DNA from: an uncultured delta proteobacterium
GTDB lineage: Bacteria > Desulfobacterota > BSN033 > UBA1163
DNA: 64,000 nucleotides
Assembly (NCBI GenBank): GCA_963708295.1
Contig: CAVPSJ010000004.1
Location: 608,001-672,000, forward strand
Reading direction: 5' to 3'
The position numbers and the translations under genes were made by a program. A model generated the notes under the pieces. The model was not told where the DNA came from and made no database searches. It saw only the letters and a program-made list of their open reading frames with translations. Of the stretch, positions 30,619 to 41,318 are shown one piece after another (within the stretch, counting starts at the first letter, position 1; each line of letters starts with the position of its first letter).

Positions 30619-30848
30619 CTCACTCACCTCCGGAAATAATGTTACCACAAATGTGGGAATAATACAAAGGGTCTCCGAAGGGATCAACCCCACGACTCAA
30701 GGACTGAATAATCAGCCGACGTTTCTCCCATCCCCCGACTTTGTTGTGTTTCCAAACTCAAGGATAAAGATTTGGCCCCATTTCGCTTACGCCCCCCTGT
30801 TCTATTCCATGGAAGTAAAAATAGATCAGTGGGGCAATTCTTCAATCG

Positions 30849-31544
30849 TTACTTGTCAATCAGCTCATTAAAATAATGTGGCACTTTGGCTTCAAAAGTC
30901 ATCTGCTCGCCGCTGGTGGGGTGTTTGAAGGAAATCGATTTGGAATGCAGCGCTAAACGCCTGTACCCATCCTTGGTTTTACCATATTTACGATCGCCTA
31001 CGATCGGATGCCCCTTATCAGCCATATGTACACGTATCTGATTCTTCCTGCCGGTCAAAAGATTAATCTCCAGCAGACTGAACTGCTTGGTCTCTTTAAG
31101 CACCTTATAAGCAGTATGTGCCAGTTTTCCTTTTGTGACATCCTTGGTGGAATAGACGACATAAGCCTTGTTCTCAGACAGGTATGAGGTAATCATTCCC
31201 TCTTTTTGGGCCAAGTGACCATAAACCACCGCAACATATTTCTTTTCCGTGCCTTTCCACTGAGCCTGCAAATGGAGCTTAGCTTCTTCGCTTTTTGCAA
31301 ATATCAGTACGCCGGATGCCCCCTGGTCCAGCCTATGAACAATGAAAATTCGGTTTCGAGACTTTAGACACCCTTTGCGCACATAATCGGTTAGAATGTA
31401 GTACGCTGTTTTCACCTTGTTAGTCTCCGTCCCCACTGTCAATAGCCCCGCAGGCTTATCTACCACCAGGATATCTCTATCTTCGTAGAGTATTTCTAAC
31501 CCTCTTGGCAGATATTTGCCGGGCGAATGTTTTTTCTTTAGCAT
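30849..31544 (-). CDS. RluA-family RNA pseudouridine synthase
   Basis: VVDKPAGL, VHRLD..ASG, TGRKNQIRVHM, PIVGDRKYG, LALH. Confidence 0.9.
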   Translation of the reverse strand: MLKKKHSPGKYLPRGLEILYEDRDILVVDKPAGLLTVGTETNKVKTAYYILTDYVRKGCLKSRNRIFIVHRLDQGASGVLIFAKSEEAKLHLQAQWKGTEKKYVAVVYGHLAQKEGMITSYLSENKAYVVYSTKDVTKGKLAHTAYKVLKETKQFSLLEINLLTGRKNQIRVHMADKGHPIVGDRKYGKTKDGYRRLALHSKSISFKHPTSGEQMTFEAKVPHYFNELIDK

Positions 31545-31872
31545 ACGGAGTACTCTTCTATCTTGTGCAGGTTTACTTGTGCAGTTTATAGCTTATTGCC
31601 ACATTGCTATGAGTCACTGAGAGTAGCCCGGCGTGGTAGTAGCTGATGAATATTGACCGGCGTTGTGAATGGAATAGGGGGGTTCTTCAATCGTTACATT
31701 TTCCAAGAACCCGTTTGAATAAACCCTGAGCATTTCGATCATCGCTCAGCCGATCCCTCAATTTCTTTCACTACTGGCTCACCGATCTGTCACCCACATT
31801 CAGCATATTCTTAAATGGCTAATCAACGATAAGGAATTAACCCATTGCCCCACCCTACACGCTGTTTTCCGG

Positions 31873-32181
31873 TTAACGCATCCTTTTAAAAACGGAGTAG
31901 GCCTCCATAAAAGTCGGAAATCCGGCGGTCTGTATTAAGAGAAGAAGTGCATGCTTAATCTCATCATTGGAAAGCCCAGATTCCTTTCCCTTCAGGATAT
32001 GAGTCTCAAGAGACAAGGCATGACCGCTTGCCCCGGAAACGGCAATCTTAATCAGCCACCGGATTTTCTCGGGCAGAGGGCCGGATTGCTCATGAATCGT
32101 TTTCCCTAGTCCTTCGTGACCTTCGTACACGGCGGGAAACTCTTTTTTGAATTCTTTCAGCGCCCTGTGAATTTCTTTCAT
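31873..32181 (-). CDS. Carboxymuconolactone decarboxylase (CMD/AhpD-like) family protein, no CxxC
   Basis: GPLPEKIRWLIKIAVS, GLSNDEIKHALL...AGFP. Confidence 0.75.
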   Translation of the reverse strand: MKEIHRALKEFKKEFPAVYEGHEGLGKTIHEQSGPLPEKIRWLIKIAVSGASGHALSLETHILKGKESGLSNDEIKHALLLLIQTAGFPTFMEAYSVFKRMR

Positions 32182-32423
32182 CTTAGCTCTCCTTTCCTCA
32201 CTGAAACGCTAAGAGATCGGCTTAACGTTTCAAAAGTTATTTTTACTCTTCAATCGGAAATCAAATGTCTTAGCTTTCAGTGCTTACCAGTCAACCTTGA
32301 TCTATGCACTCCACGCCATGCCTGTCCGCCACAGCAGGCGCTATACGCGCGTCTGAAGAGAGCCGACTTTTTTACGGATGATACTGCGATTGCAAACTCA
32401 AGGATAAGGATTTGACCCCATTC

Positions 32424-32675
32424 CCTATCGCCACTCTCTATTCGCAATATACACCCTATATAGACTCTTTGGAAGTGAATGTTTTCAGGAAGGAGTATTT
32501 GGCCGGGAGTTTGGTCGGAAGACAAACCGCACTTGCTTAATTTGCTTAAGTATGTCCCCTGGGTCCCACCTCTTGTCAAGAGGTTGCCCTAAGCTGCATT
32601 CTGCAATTGGAATACGCTATTTTTTTATAGATGGCGTAAATCCCTTTGAGGATTCTTATAATTTTATGGACGTCC
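32424..32675 (-). repeat. Second copy of the promoter-bearing intergenic element, with about 60 extra internal bases
   Basis: Alignment by eye to 29755-29943. Confidence 0.8.
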
Positions 32676-32777
32676 GACTCTGATTTTATGGTATGGCTTG
32701 TCAAAGATAGGCAATTGGCCCCGGTGACCCAGTTTTCTAATTAAAGAAACTTATAATTTTATGGTCATTCCCTGACC

Positions 32778-33638
32778 TCATCCCTGTGGTTCTCTCTTTT
32801 TGAAAAGTTTCCTGAAAAATTTGGGTAGAAACCAGACGCCCGGAATGATCAGGACCAACCAGGGGATGACCGCAACGATAAAAGTAAGAATCGCTGCGAT
32901 GCTTTCTGCGAATACACGACCCATCTGATGCCATGCGGACGCGATCGGTGCAAAGGCCCCCGTTTCTGCAATGGAGGGTTCGGGTCGAAAATCAATGGAA
33001 ACAGCAATTTTTTCGGTTTCGTTGGCAAGCGCTTTCCGGCTCGCCACCAGGGTATCCAATTCTGACTGCGCCTTGGACAGTTCCCTCTCCACCTCCACGA
33101 CATCCTTCAGGCTGCCGGTTCGACTCGTCATTATAGACCTCAGCCGGTTCCGTAGTTCGGTCGTATTTTTGATCTTGGCTTCGACATCAATGACCGTGGT
33201 CGTTTTGTCTTCACTCCCCGTATTTTGGGATACGACCTTGCCAACCTTATGGATATGCTCCACGAGAGGTTTTAGATTTTCCGGAAGAACGCGTAAAACA
33301 AGGTTGCCGGAAGGGGCTGAGTACGGAGTCTTTTTATTAATAGTAGACTCCATAATATCGCAATGGATACTCTCGCAGAACCCGATCATCGATTCCCAGG
33401 CCTTTTCTAACCCCGCCTCTGAAGTCTCCACGGTAAAATGATATCTCACTGCAATATAGCGTTTTGATTGGCCCTCCTGGAGGGGCTTGGATTTGTTGAA
33501 AGCCATTTCAGCTGGGGCAAGCGCTGCGCGAGGTTCGGAAGCCCTTTTGGCCTTTTCCTCGAACGCCATCTTTTTTTCCCCACAACCCGCTATCATCAAT
33601 AGCCCGATCATGCCAAGGAGTAGGATTTTTCTGATCAC
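32778..33638 (-). CDS. DUF4349-family lipoprotein
   Basis: Lipobox IAGC, LVLRVLPE, EDKT..VIDVEAKI, coiled coil, C-terminal TM; GTG start with AGGAGA RBS. Confidence 0.75.
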   Translation of the reverse strand: MIRKILLLGMIGLLMIAGCGEKKMAFEEKAKRASEPRAALAPAEMAFNKSKPLQEGQSKRYIAVRYHFTVETSEAGLEKAWESMIGFCESIHCDIMESTINKKTPYSAPSGNLVLRVLPENLKPLVEHIHKVGKVVSQNTGSEDKTTTVIDVEAKIKNTTELRNRLRSIMTSRTGSLKDVVEVERELSKAQSELDTLVASRKALANETEKIAVSIDFRPEPSIAETGAFAPIASAWHQMGRVFAESIAAILTFIVAVIPWLVLIIPGVWFLPKFFRKLFKKREPQG

Positions 33639-33892
33639 GGAGGCATTCTCCTTTCTGTAGATATTCTTGACGAGTTTCTTCGTCAATAATATAGACAACC
33701 GGAGTACAAGAAAGTTCCGCGCATGAGGTGGGGTCGCGGACGAGGGGGTGTATTCAGTTTGTCTTGGAGCAAACGAAAGCAAACTCAAGGATATGACCCC
33801 AATTTAGTGGGTATTTCTTTCATCGCTCAGCCGATCCCTCAATCTACTTCGCTCCTGGCTCACCGATCTGTCATCCCCTCGGAAAAGCTCTC

Positions 33893-35419
33893 CTATCTCC
33901 GACTTTTTAGGATGCCTAGTGTAGAGTGTAGACCTGACACCTGTGTCTTTTCCCTAGCCACTCTCCCGTCATTCCTTGGCAAAAGACACTCAGATGGAGA
34001 GAGAATCGTTACGCGGGTTGTGGCACGCGTAAGCGCTACATACCAATCCTTCCGGGTCATGTTGTCAGCGTGAATGATTACTGCGTGATCGAACTCAAGC
34101 CCCTTCACGAGAAGTGTGCTGCCGATGCTACGCTTCCCGATTTTGCGACCAGCATGACGGATACGATTCTGCGCCTCCCAAATGGCATCCGTGAGCGTGT
34201 CGCACCGCCGTGCGCACTTCATCTGTAACGCTGAGCGCATCGCAAAGAACATTTGTCCGCGATAAAGGCGGGTGGTTTTCCTGCAATGAAAGCCCAGGAT
34301 CAATTTGAGCACAGGTTCATCCGTAGTGCTCTCGGCAACGGCAACGCCCGTTTCAATCAACTGCCCAAACTTGGTAGCTCCACGCTTCTTGCCGACCTGA
34401 TGGGATTTCACGGAATCAAGAAAATCCTTCTTCTCGGTTCCAGTCATGCAAGCGCCGATGAAATCAAGAGTGTTTTCAAGGCGCTTGAATCCTGTGGCAG
34501 GCTCGATCTTCTGCGCAAACCCGTAGAGATGTCCGCAATCGAGAGGTTCAATATTTGAAAAACCCACCGTCGCGAGCTTCTGGGCGAGCCCAACGCGTCT
34601 ATTTATGTTGGCCGGATCATCGATAACGACCAATCGCCCGTCGCCCGCCTTCCCCATCACACTCTTGCATGTACCTACGATCTTGGCTAGCCTGAAACCG
34701 GGGTCATCTGGAAGGTGTTCCCAGTTCACACATTTCGGACGACTTGTCAGATCTATTGCCCCTCCTTGCTCAAGTGTGCGGCGGACATCAGCAAGCCAGT
34801 CCGCTAGTTCGACATTTTTTGCATTATACCATCGCCAGGGAGTGGTCAGTTCCCCTACCTTCTTGAACACAGGAAATACGTCAGAGTCCCAATCAACGGG
34901 ATTCTGACCTTTGAAGTCGAAGATAGCCTGAAGTGGATCGCCGAAAACGCACACGGGGAGAAAGGCAGCGATAGCCTCGACGACTTGGTGCTGCAGGCCC
35001 GTGCAGTCTTGGTATTCGTCGACAAACACTCCCGAATAGGATGACGCCAATACTCCTTTGACGGCGCCACCTTGGATGAGTTTGATAGTCGCCTCGTATA
35101 CACAGTTCCACTCTATGCCGGTTCTGGGGTTATAGCAAGAGAGACCGGATTGTTTTGGGTATGAAGCCGAATACCAAAGACACCAGCATGCGATTGTATC
35201 GATGCGAAATTTGCCATTCGGGACCCCGTGCTTCTTAAGGCGCAAGCGAAGGGCATCGACACCTGCATGGGTGTGAGTCAATATTAGTCGACGGCCTTCA
35301 GCGACCCAGGTCGCGAGCGCGATCTGCTCAGTTTTCCCACAGCCCGCCGCTGCAATTATACTTCCGCGCTCCAAACTAGCAGCAAGTCGAGCGATTTCTG
35401 TATCTTGATCGTTACTCAT
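33893..35419 (-). CDS. gajB: UvrD-like helicase, Gabija GajB-like
   Basis: AAAGCGKT, LTHT, VDEYQD, FGDPLQAIFDF, KGLEFD, YVALTRA; overlaps the upstream OLD nuclease. Confidence 0.75.
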   Translation of the reverse strand: MSNDQDTEIARLAASLERGSIIAAAGCGKTEQIALATWVAEGRRLILTHTHAGVDALRLRLKKHGVPNGKFRIDTIACWCLWYSASYPKQSGLSCYNPRTGIEWNCVYEATIKLIQGGAVKGVLASSYSGVFVDEYQDCTGLQHQVVEAIAAFLPVCVFGDPLQAIFDFKGQNPVDWDSDVFPVFKKVGELTTPWRWYNAKNVELADWLADVRRTLEQGGAIDLTSRPKCVNWEHLPDDPGFRLAKIVGTCKSVMGKAGDGRLVVIDDPANINRRVGLAQKLATVGFSNIEPLDCGHLYGFAQKIEPATGFKRLENTLDFIGACMTGTEKKDFLDSVKSHQVGKKRGATKFGQLIETGVAVAESTTDEPVLKLILGFHCRKTTRLYRGQMFFAMRSALQMKCARRCDTLTDAIWEAQNRIRHAGRKIGKRSIGSTLLVKGLEFDHAVIIHADNMTRKDWYVALTRATTRVTILSPSECLLPRNDGRVAREKTQVSGLHSTLGILKSRR

Positions 35420-37147
35420 CTACCCATTGCCTCAATTTGGAGATTATCTTCGCTAATGGAGTTTTGGGAATTTGACCGAGGCGTGGCGCAATAATCTCAG
35501 CTAACCGTTCACCTCTCGTGATATCCTTGAACCATGGATTGTTTTTATTCTTCGCTGCTATTCCGATGGCGTGGCGAAAGTCCGCATTGTCACACGACCT
35601 TTGAAGCGTGAGGCCCGTGATTTTAGATAATCCTTTTCTCTCACAAGCGTTATTGATGTTATCCTTAACACTATCCGTCCCTACGGATTTCTCGGCAAAT
35701 TTTATGACTTCAATGACTGTTTCCCACGGTATATCCAATAATATTCGTTCCTCTGTCGAACAGGCATCCGGCCATTCGAGGACTATTCCACCTTTCTTCT
35801 TCACACTTTCAACCAGATTGGGGGGCGCCACCTCATCTGTGTCGAGAAGCATTAAAACCTTGTAGCCAAGGTCAAGGAGAAGCTCTGAAATGACGGGAGC
35901 ATCGGAATTGCCGCCCCCATCGATGGCTATCACGCCTCGAAGTGCGAACGAATCCTTGCCCCTCAGTGCCCACCAAGCGTCTAAGCCACGGAACAAACCT
36001 TGTTCTGTTCGTCCCTCCCCGACCAGGATTCTTCGCGCAAGAAATGCATCAGGTGAACTCCGCAAGTAACGCTGGGCAGTTTCGAGGTGTTTCGCAGTCG
36101 CCGCTATGGAGCGGATCTCTGTCACGCCAGCTTCCGCACGGACAGCGAATATGTCAGAGATTGTCAATTCACGGATGACGACCGGGGAATGGGTGGTCAT
36201 GAATATTTGAGACGCAAGGTCTTTCTCTTTACCTGTTGTTGGGGACTGGAGATACTTGAGTAATCGTGCAATTCGGTGCGGCTCAAGCCCATGCTCGATT
36301 TCATCGATAAGCGCAATGTGCGAGCCGCCGGCGTCATGCTGAAGCGCAGAGACAATCAATCTGGATGAACCCGTTCCGAGTCGCCTCAACGGCAACTTGC
36401 CGTCGTGAAGTGCAATCCCACCGGCCGTAATATTGACGCCCTGAACATCAAGCTCTGCTGCATACTTGTCACGTACGGGTACAGAAAAGTGCTTTCCAAG
36501 CTCCTCTGCTCGGGAAACACTCTCTTTAAAGACACTGTCGTTATCCTGCCGAAAAGCCTCGCGGGCCGCCCTGCTAGCCTGCGCCAGTTGAAGGCTTATG
36601 CTGTCTGTGGTCTCACTTATTCGTGTGAGAATCGACTGACGGCCCCAACCGAGATGCCGCTCCGCGTACGCTCCAAGACGGGTAGTCGCCAACTGCTTGG
36701 CATCCTTGTAGCGAAGCGTTGGCGGATCGCCCTCTTCTTCACCAATTCGGTCGTTGAAGATGGACCAACGCGCTTCAAGCGACTTGTCGATCGTGACGCG
36801 GATGGAAAGCGCATCCTCAAGACCTTCACCAGGTTCGTCATCGACCTTTGATGCCTGCTCGTTCCATCCCCGGAGATACATACCATAGCGATCATCCGAT
36901 CTAAATTCAGAGGACAGGCTGGCCAGGGTGATCGTAATCTCTATTGACTTGTCAACGTCAAGATTGAAGAAATCCGAGTCATCCGAAAAAACGTAGGATC
37001 TGGGGTTCAGGGCAAGCTCGATGGCATCAAGTATTGTCGTTTTAGTAGAATCTCCCGGACCGATGAGGCAGTTCACTCCCCCCTGGGTGCCCAATTCAAC
37101 TCCCTAATGCCCCTAAAATTTCGAATTTCGACAAAGACAATTCGCAT
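35412..37147 (-). CDS. gajA: OLD-family ATPase-TOPRIM nuclease, Gabija GajA-like; frameshift in a G-run near 37080
   Basis: MRIVFVEIRNFRGI, GPGDSTKTT, LIDEIEHGLEPH, MTTHSP, TOPRIM LVGEGRTE and LDTD. Confidence 0.75.
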
Positions 37148-37223
37148 GGGACACACCTCCTCGGGTCCCGGCATTTTTTCAAACCTGTAGGACCCCTGTC
37201 TCGAAGCCGGTACACCGTGCTCA

Positions 37224-38978
37224 TCATGACGCTATCGCCTCACAAAGCGTGGCTTCGAGGAGTTGGCGTCGGGTGGTCGCGGCTTCGGTGAGCTGGACTT
37301 CCAGTTCGTCGCACAGCGCCATCAGTTCGTCCACCTTCGCCACGATCCGTTGTTGTTCGGCGAGGGGTGGGAAGGGAATTCTAAATCTACGCAGCATTTT
37401 CGAGCCCAAGATCAGGGACGCCGATCCTTTGTGCAACTCGTCATAGGCTATTGAGACCAAGAGTGGAGTCAAGAAATCGTTGCAGGTAGTGTTTATCGAC
37501 AAGCTCATGCTTGGCGGATTCAGAAAGACGAGTAAGAAATCAAGAATCTCGAGTCGACTTCACTATTGCGCGCATTACCTAACGGGCTCCGATTTGACAA
37601 TGACAATGTCACCAGATCGCTTTACCCGAACCTTGGCGAATAGTCCTTTATAGTCTCTTCAGCAACATATTAGGCGTTACAAAGTCAATGGTTCCGTGGT
37701 CGCATATGTCTTCGCCGAAAGAATGGCATATCCATCAGTCGACCGTTTGGGGCATATTGTGACAACATCGGCACGTTCACACAGAAAATCGCCGATAAGC
37801 CCATCGCCAGGTTGACGGAATGGGAAATACGCCGGGGCAATTCAGCTGATCGAGCGGTGACTGGCCCTTTCTGCGAGTCGCACCAAACTTGCGATTTTCT
37901 GGATGAACTAGCTTTCAATCGGCTTAAGAGTTCCGCACGCTGGCTCATCCTCGTTGCGTTGCGGGACGAGTTTGCCGCGGACGGCGAGGTTGAGGATGGT
38001 CTGGCGGAGTTGGTGGATGTGTTCGGGGCGGGTGGTGAGGCGCGGGAGGTGGTTGAAGTAGAAACGGGCGCTCTCCTCGAAAGTGGGATGGGCCCCTGGT
38101 TCCGAGCTGTCCCCACCATTATTCAGTCCGTGCAGGGTCGCCGCCACCAGCCGGTCGCGCCGCCTTTCGCGCTTGGCCTGCGCCGCCTCCAGTTCGTCGC
38201 ACAGCGCCATCAGTTCGTCCACCTTCGCCACGATCCGGTGTTGTTCGGCGAGGGGTGGAAGGGGAACGGGAAGTTGCGTAGCATCTGCTCTGAGGACACG
38301 TTATCTAGACCAGCCTGCTCTCGCCATTGTCATCTTCGTCGATAAATCAGCAGACTCGATGAACAGGTGAAGAATTAGCGTCAAATGCAGTATGAAGTCG
38401 GCAACGATCGAATGATGCGATGCGAGACGAGTTTACTGCGAAGATCGCTCGTTACACAGCGCGGATCTTCCGATAGATCCCTGCGATGTACAATAGGACG
38501 TCGCCGCTCTTGAAGCAGCGTACATGCCTGACCAGTCTGCACGTCCGCCATCGTGCAACGTGATAAAGCCTGCAGTCCACATCAGACCTGTCTCGATGCT
38601 CACTGGATAACGATGATCCGCCTGAATCGATACTGCTTGGCCATACGACGTTGGATTGCTTCCCATGCGTCATGAGATTGATCACGCCATCCGAGCCGAA
38701 CGCACCCATGCCCAGTTACTCGGAATGTCGAAAGGCACATCTCGTGCTCTCGAATGGCTGGTAATGGCTTCTGCTTCCGGATTTCACCGGCTTTGATAAG
38801 CCGTTCCTTCTCTGCCTCAATCCGCTTCAGCAGCTCCGACGCCGGCTCATCCGTCCGGGTCCTGCTCCACGAGTTTCCCTCGCACGGCCAGATCCAGAAT
38901 GAACCGCCGCAGGCGCGGCACGGCGTCGGGGGCTTCGCTGATCTGCTCGAAGTGCTTGAGCAGCCAATCAGGGTTCAT
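37224..38978 (-). pseudogene. hsdS: Type I R-M specificity subunit, multiply frameshifted as assembled
   Basis: MNPDWLLKHFEQI...ILDLAVRGKLV; repeated PLAEQ.RIVAKVDELMALCDELE (DNA repeat 37301-37349 / 38189-38237); both TRD regions lack a continuous frame. Confidence 0.8.
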
Positions 38979-38980
38979 CG

Positions 38981-39145
38981 TCATCGTCCCCCCGATTCGC
39001 TTTGCAGCGCTGCCTCGGCCCACTCCATCAGCCGTTTCTTCAAATCCTCTTTGGAAGGCAGATAGAGCTGGTATTGGGAGGCATAGATGTTTGCGTCTTT
39101 CGGCAAGGTCAGTTCCACCATGGCGTCATGCTTCTTCTTCGGAAA
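38981..39145 (-). pseudogene. C-terminal remnant of a YhcG/DUF1016 PD-(D/E)xK nuclease-like gene
   Basis: VELTLPKDANIYASQYQLYLPSKEDLK; N-terminal part absent, replaced by REP/RAYT DNA. Confidence 0.7.
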
Positions 39146-39174
39146 GAATTTCCGAGAAGCCTTCTCGGAAATTC

Positions 39175-39328
39175 GAGACGTTTCGCCGAACGGTCCCGAT
39201 CGATCAATTACGGACAATTACGGACCGCTCGGCGAGCGGTCTGCCGTCCCTACCAATGCGTCAATCATCGGACGGCTCGGCGACGTCCCTACTATCAATT
39301 CCGGACGTTTCGGCGAAACGTCCCTACC
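39175..39328. repeat. Cluster of four REP-like palindromes at the 3' end of the RAYT
   Basis: e.g. GGACGTTTCGGCGAAACGTCCCTACC (39303-39328), GGACGGCTCGGCGACGTCCCTAC (39270-39292). Confidence 0.8.
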
Positions 39329-39873
39329 AAACCAAACGTAGGGCCATTCTTCTGCTGAGGTTACGAGGCCTGCGCGAACCGGGTTTTGCACAATGTAATT
39401 CCATTTTTCGGCAAGCGATGCTTCGTTGCGGATACGGTGGTCGAAGAAATCGCGCTGCCAATGGATGCTAACATGTCGGGCGGTGTAGCGTTTCCAGTCG
39501 CTGATGATCCGTTGCATGGACCTGATCTTCAGGGAAGACAGATTAATCCATGAACGTGGTCCGGCATGAAAAGCATGAGCCGCGGCCACCATTGGCCTTT
39601 TTCAATGCGCACGACCAGGCTTTCCACCAGGCCTTCCGCGACCGCAGGGATTGCCAACTGATTTTCACCTCGTGGAACAGTATTGATCGTAATGAAAAAC
39701 GTAGCCCCGTCGGAGACCCAGTCCGGAACGTCATGAGAAAGGATTTTGCGTCTGGGTAGGGCGGTTTCGCCGAAACCGCCGTTTGATTCAGGTCGGACGT
39801 TCTCGCCGAGAGCGCCGTTTTCATTCGATTGCGGACGGCTCGGCGAGCCGTCCCTACCAAGATCGTCTTTCAT
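39218..39873 (-). mobile_element. REP-associated tyrosine transposase (RAYT, Y1 HUH family); frameshift near 39535
   Basis: TFFITINT, MPDHVH (HUH), WQRDFFDHRIR, YIVQNPVRAGL, EEWPY. Confidence 0.85.
39755..39858. repeat. Cluster of three REP-like palindromes at the RAYT 5' end
   Basis: GGTAGGGCGGTTTCGCCGAAACCGCC (39755-39780), GGACGGCTCGGCGAGCCGTCCCTACC (39833-39858). Confidence 0.8.
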
Positions 39874-41311
39874 CGCAGCAGCGCCTCCTCCAGAATGGCC
39901 TTCAGCCGGTCGCGGAGTTTGGCCGTTTCCGCTTCGCTCTCCTCCAGCTTGGCCAGCAGTTCGGCGGGGTCGCCGTGGTCTTCCTCGACGGTATGTGGGT
40001 TCTTGAAATCGAGGTTGTAGTTGCGGGCCTTGATCTCGTCGATCGTGACCTTCCAGGCGACTTCGTTTCCCTCGCGCTTCTCCCACCAGTCGATGCAGGG
40101 CTTCAGGTGCTCGAAGCGGATCGGCTTGGTCATCGAGTAGGCCTTCTGGCCCTCGGGGACGCGGTGCTCGTAGTACCAGATTTCCTTGGTCTGCGTGCCC
40201 TTCTCGAAGAAAAGCAGATTGGTGCCGATGGAGGCGTAGGGTTTGAAGACGCTGTTGGGCAGGCGGACGATGGTGTGGAGGTTGCACTCCTCCAGCAGGT
40301 GCTCCTTCAGCCGCGTCTTGACCCCTTCGCCAAACAGGGTGCCGTCGGGCAGAACCACGGCGGCGCGGCCGCCGGATTTGAGCAGGCGCACGATGAGGGC
40401 GAGGAAGAGGTCGGCGGTCTCCCGGGTCTGGAAGTGTTTTGGGAAGTTGGTCTCGATGCCGTCTTCCTCGCGGCCGCCGAAGGGCGGATTGGTGAGGACG
40501 ATGTCCACCCGGTCGGACTGGCCGTAGCTGATGTAGGGACGGGCCAGGGTGTTGTCGTGGCGGACGAAGGAGGGATCGTCGATGCCGTGGAGCAGCATAT
40601 TGGTGACACAGAGCATGTGCGGGAAGCTGCTTCTTCTCGGTGGCGCGCAGGCCCTGCTGCATCTTCTGTTCGTCGGCCGGGGTCTTCACGTAGCGCTCGC
40701 GCATGTGGCGGATGGCGCAGGTGAGGAAGCCGCCGGTGCCGCAGGCGGGGTCGAAGAGGATCTCGCCGGGCTTGGGGTCGATGCGGTCGGCCATGAAGGC
40801 GGTGACGGCGCGGGGAGTGTAGTACTCGCCGGCGTTGCCGGCGCTCTGGAGGTCGTTCAGGATCTGCTCGTAGATGTCGCCGAAGTGCTGGCGCTCGGCA
40901 AGGTTGTTGAAGTCGATGGCGTTGATCTTGTTGATCACCTGGCGCATGAGCTGGCCGGACTTCATGTAGTTGTAGGCGTCCTCGAAGACATCGCGCACCA
41001 CGCGGCGCCGGCCGTCCTGTGCCGGTGCCGGGCAGTTCTTTGAGCGCGGGGAAAAGCTCATCGTTGATGAAGGCCATCAGCGCGTCGCCGGTCATGCCTT
41101 CGGGGTTGGCGGCCCAGGCGCGCCATTGGAGCTTTTCGGGAATGGGCGAGCGGTAGCCCTTCTGCATCAGTTCCAGTTCCTGATCCTGGTCGTCGATGAT
41201 CTTGAGAAAGAACATCCAGCAGAGCTGGGAGATGCGCTGGGCATCGCCATCGACGCCGACATCCTGGCGCATGATGTCTTGAATGGATTTGACGGTGGTT
41301 CGTACATTCAT
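39870..41311 (-). CDS. hsdM: Type I R-M N6-adenine methyltransferase; frameshifts near 41020 and 40620
   Basis: GVDGDAQRISQ, GEYYTPR, DPACGTGGFL, TNPPFGG spread over three frames. Confidence 0.9.
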
Positions 41312-41318
41312 GAATGAA

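Noticed and set aside
29755-33873. Integron cassette array
   Set aside because: No RYYYAAC...GTTRRRY attC hairpins recognised and no tyrosine integrase in the window
39175-39858. Repeated palindromes resembling a CRISPR array
   Set aside because: Repeats vary in sequence, orientation and spacing, flank a RAYT, and no cas genes are present; they are REPs
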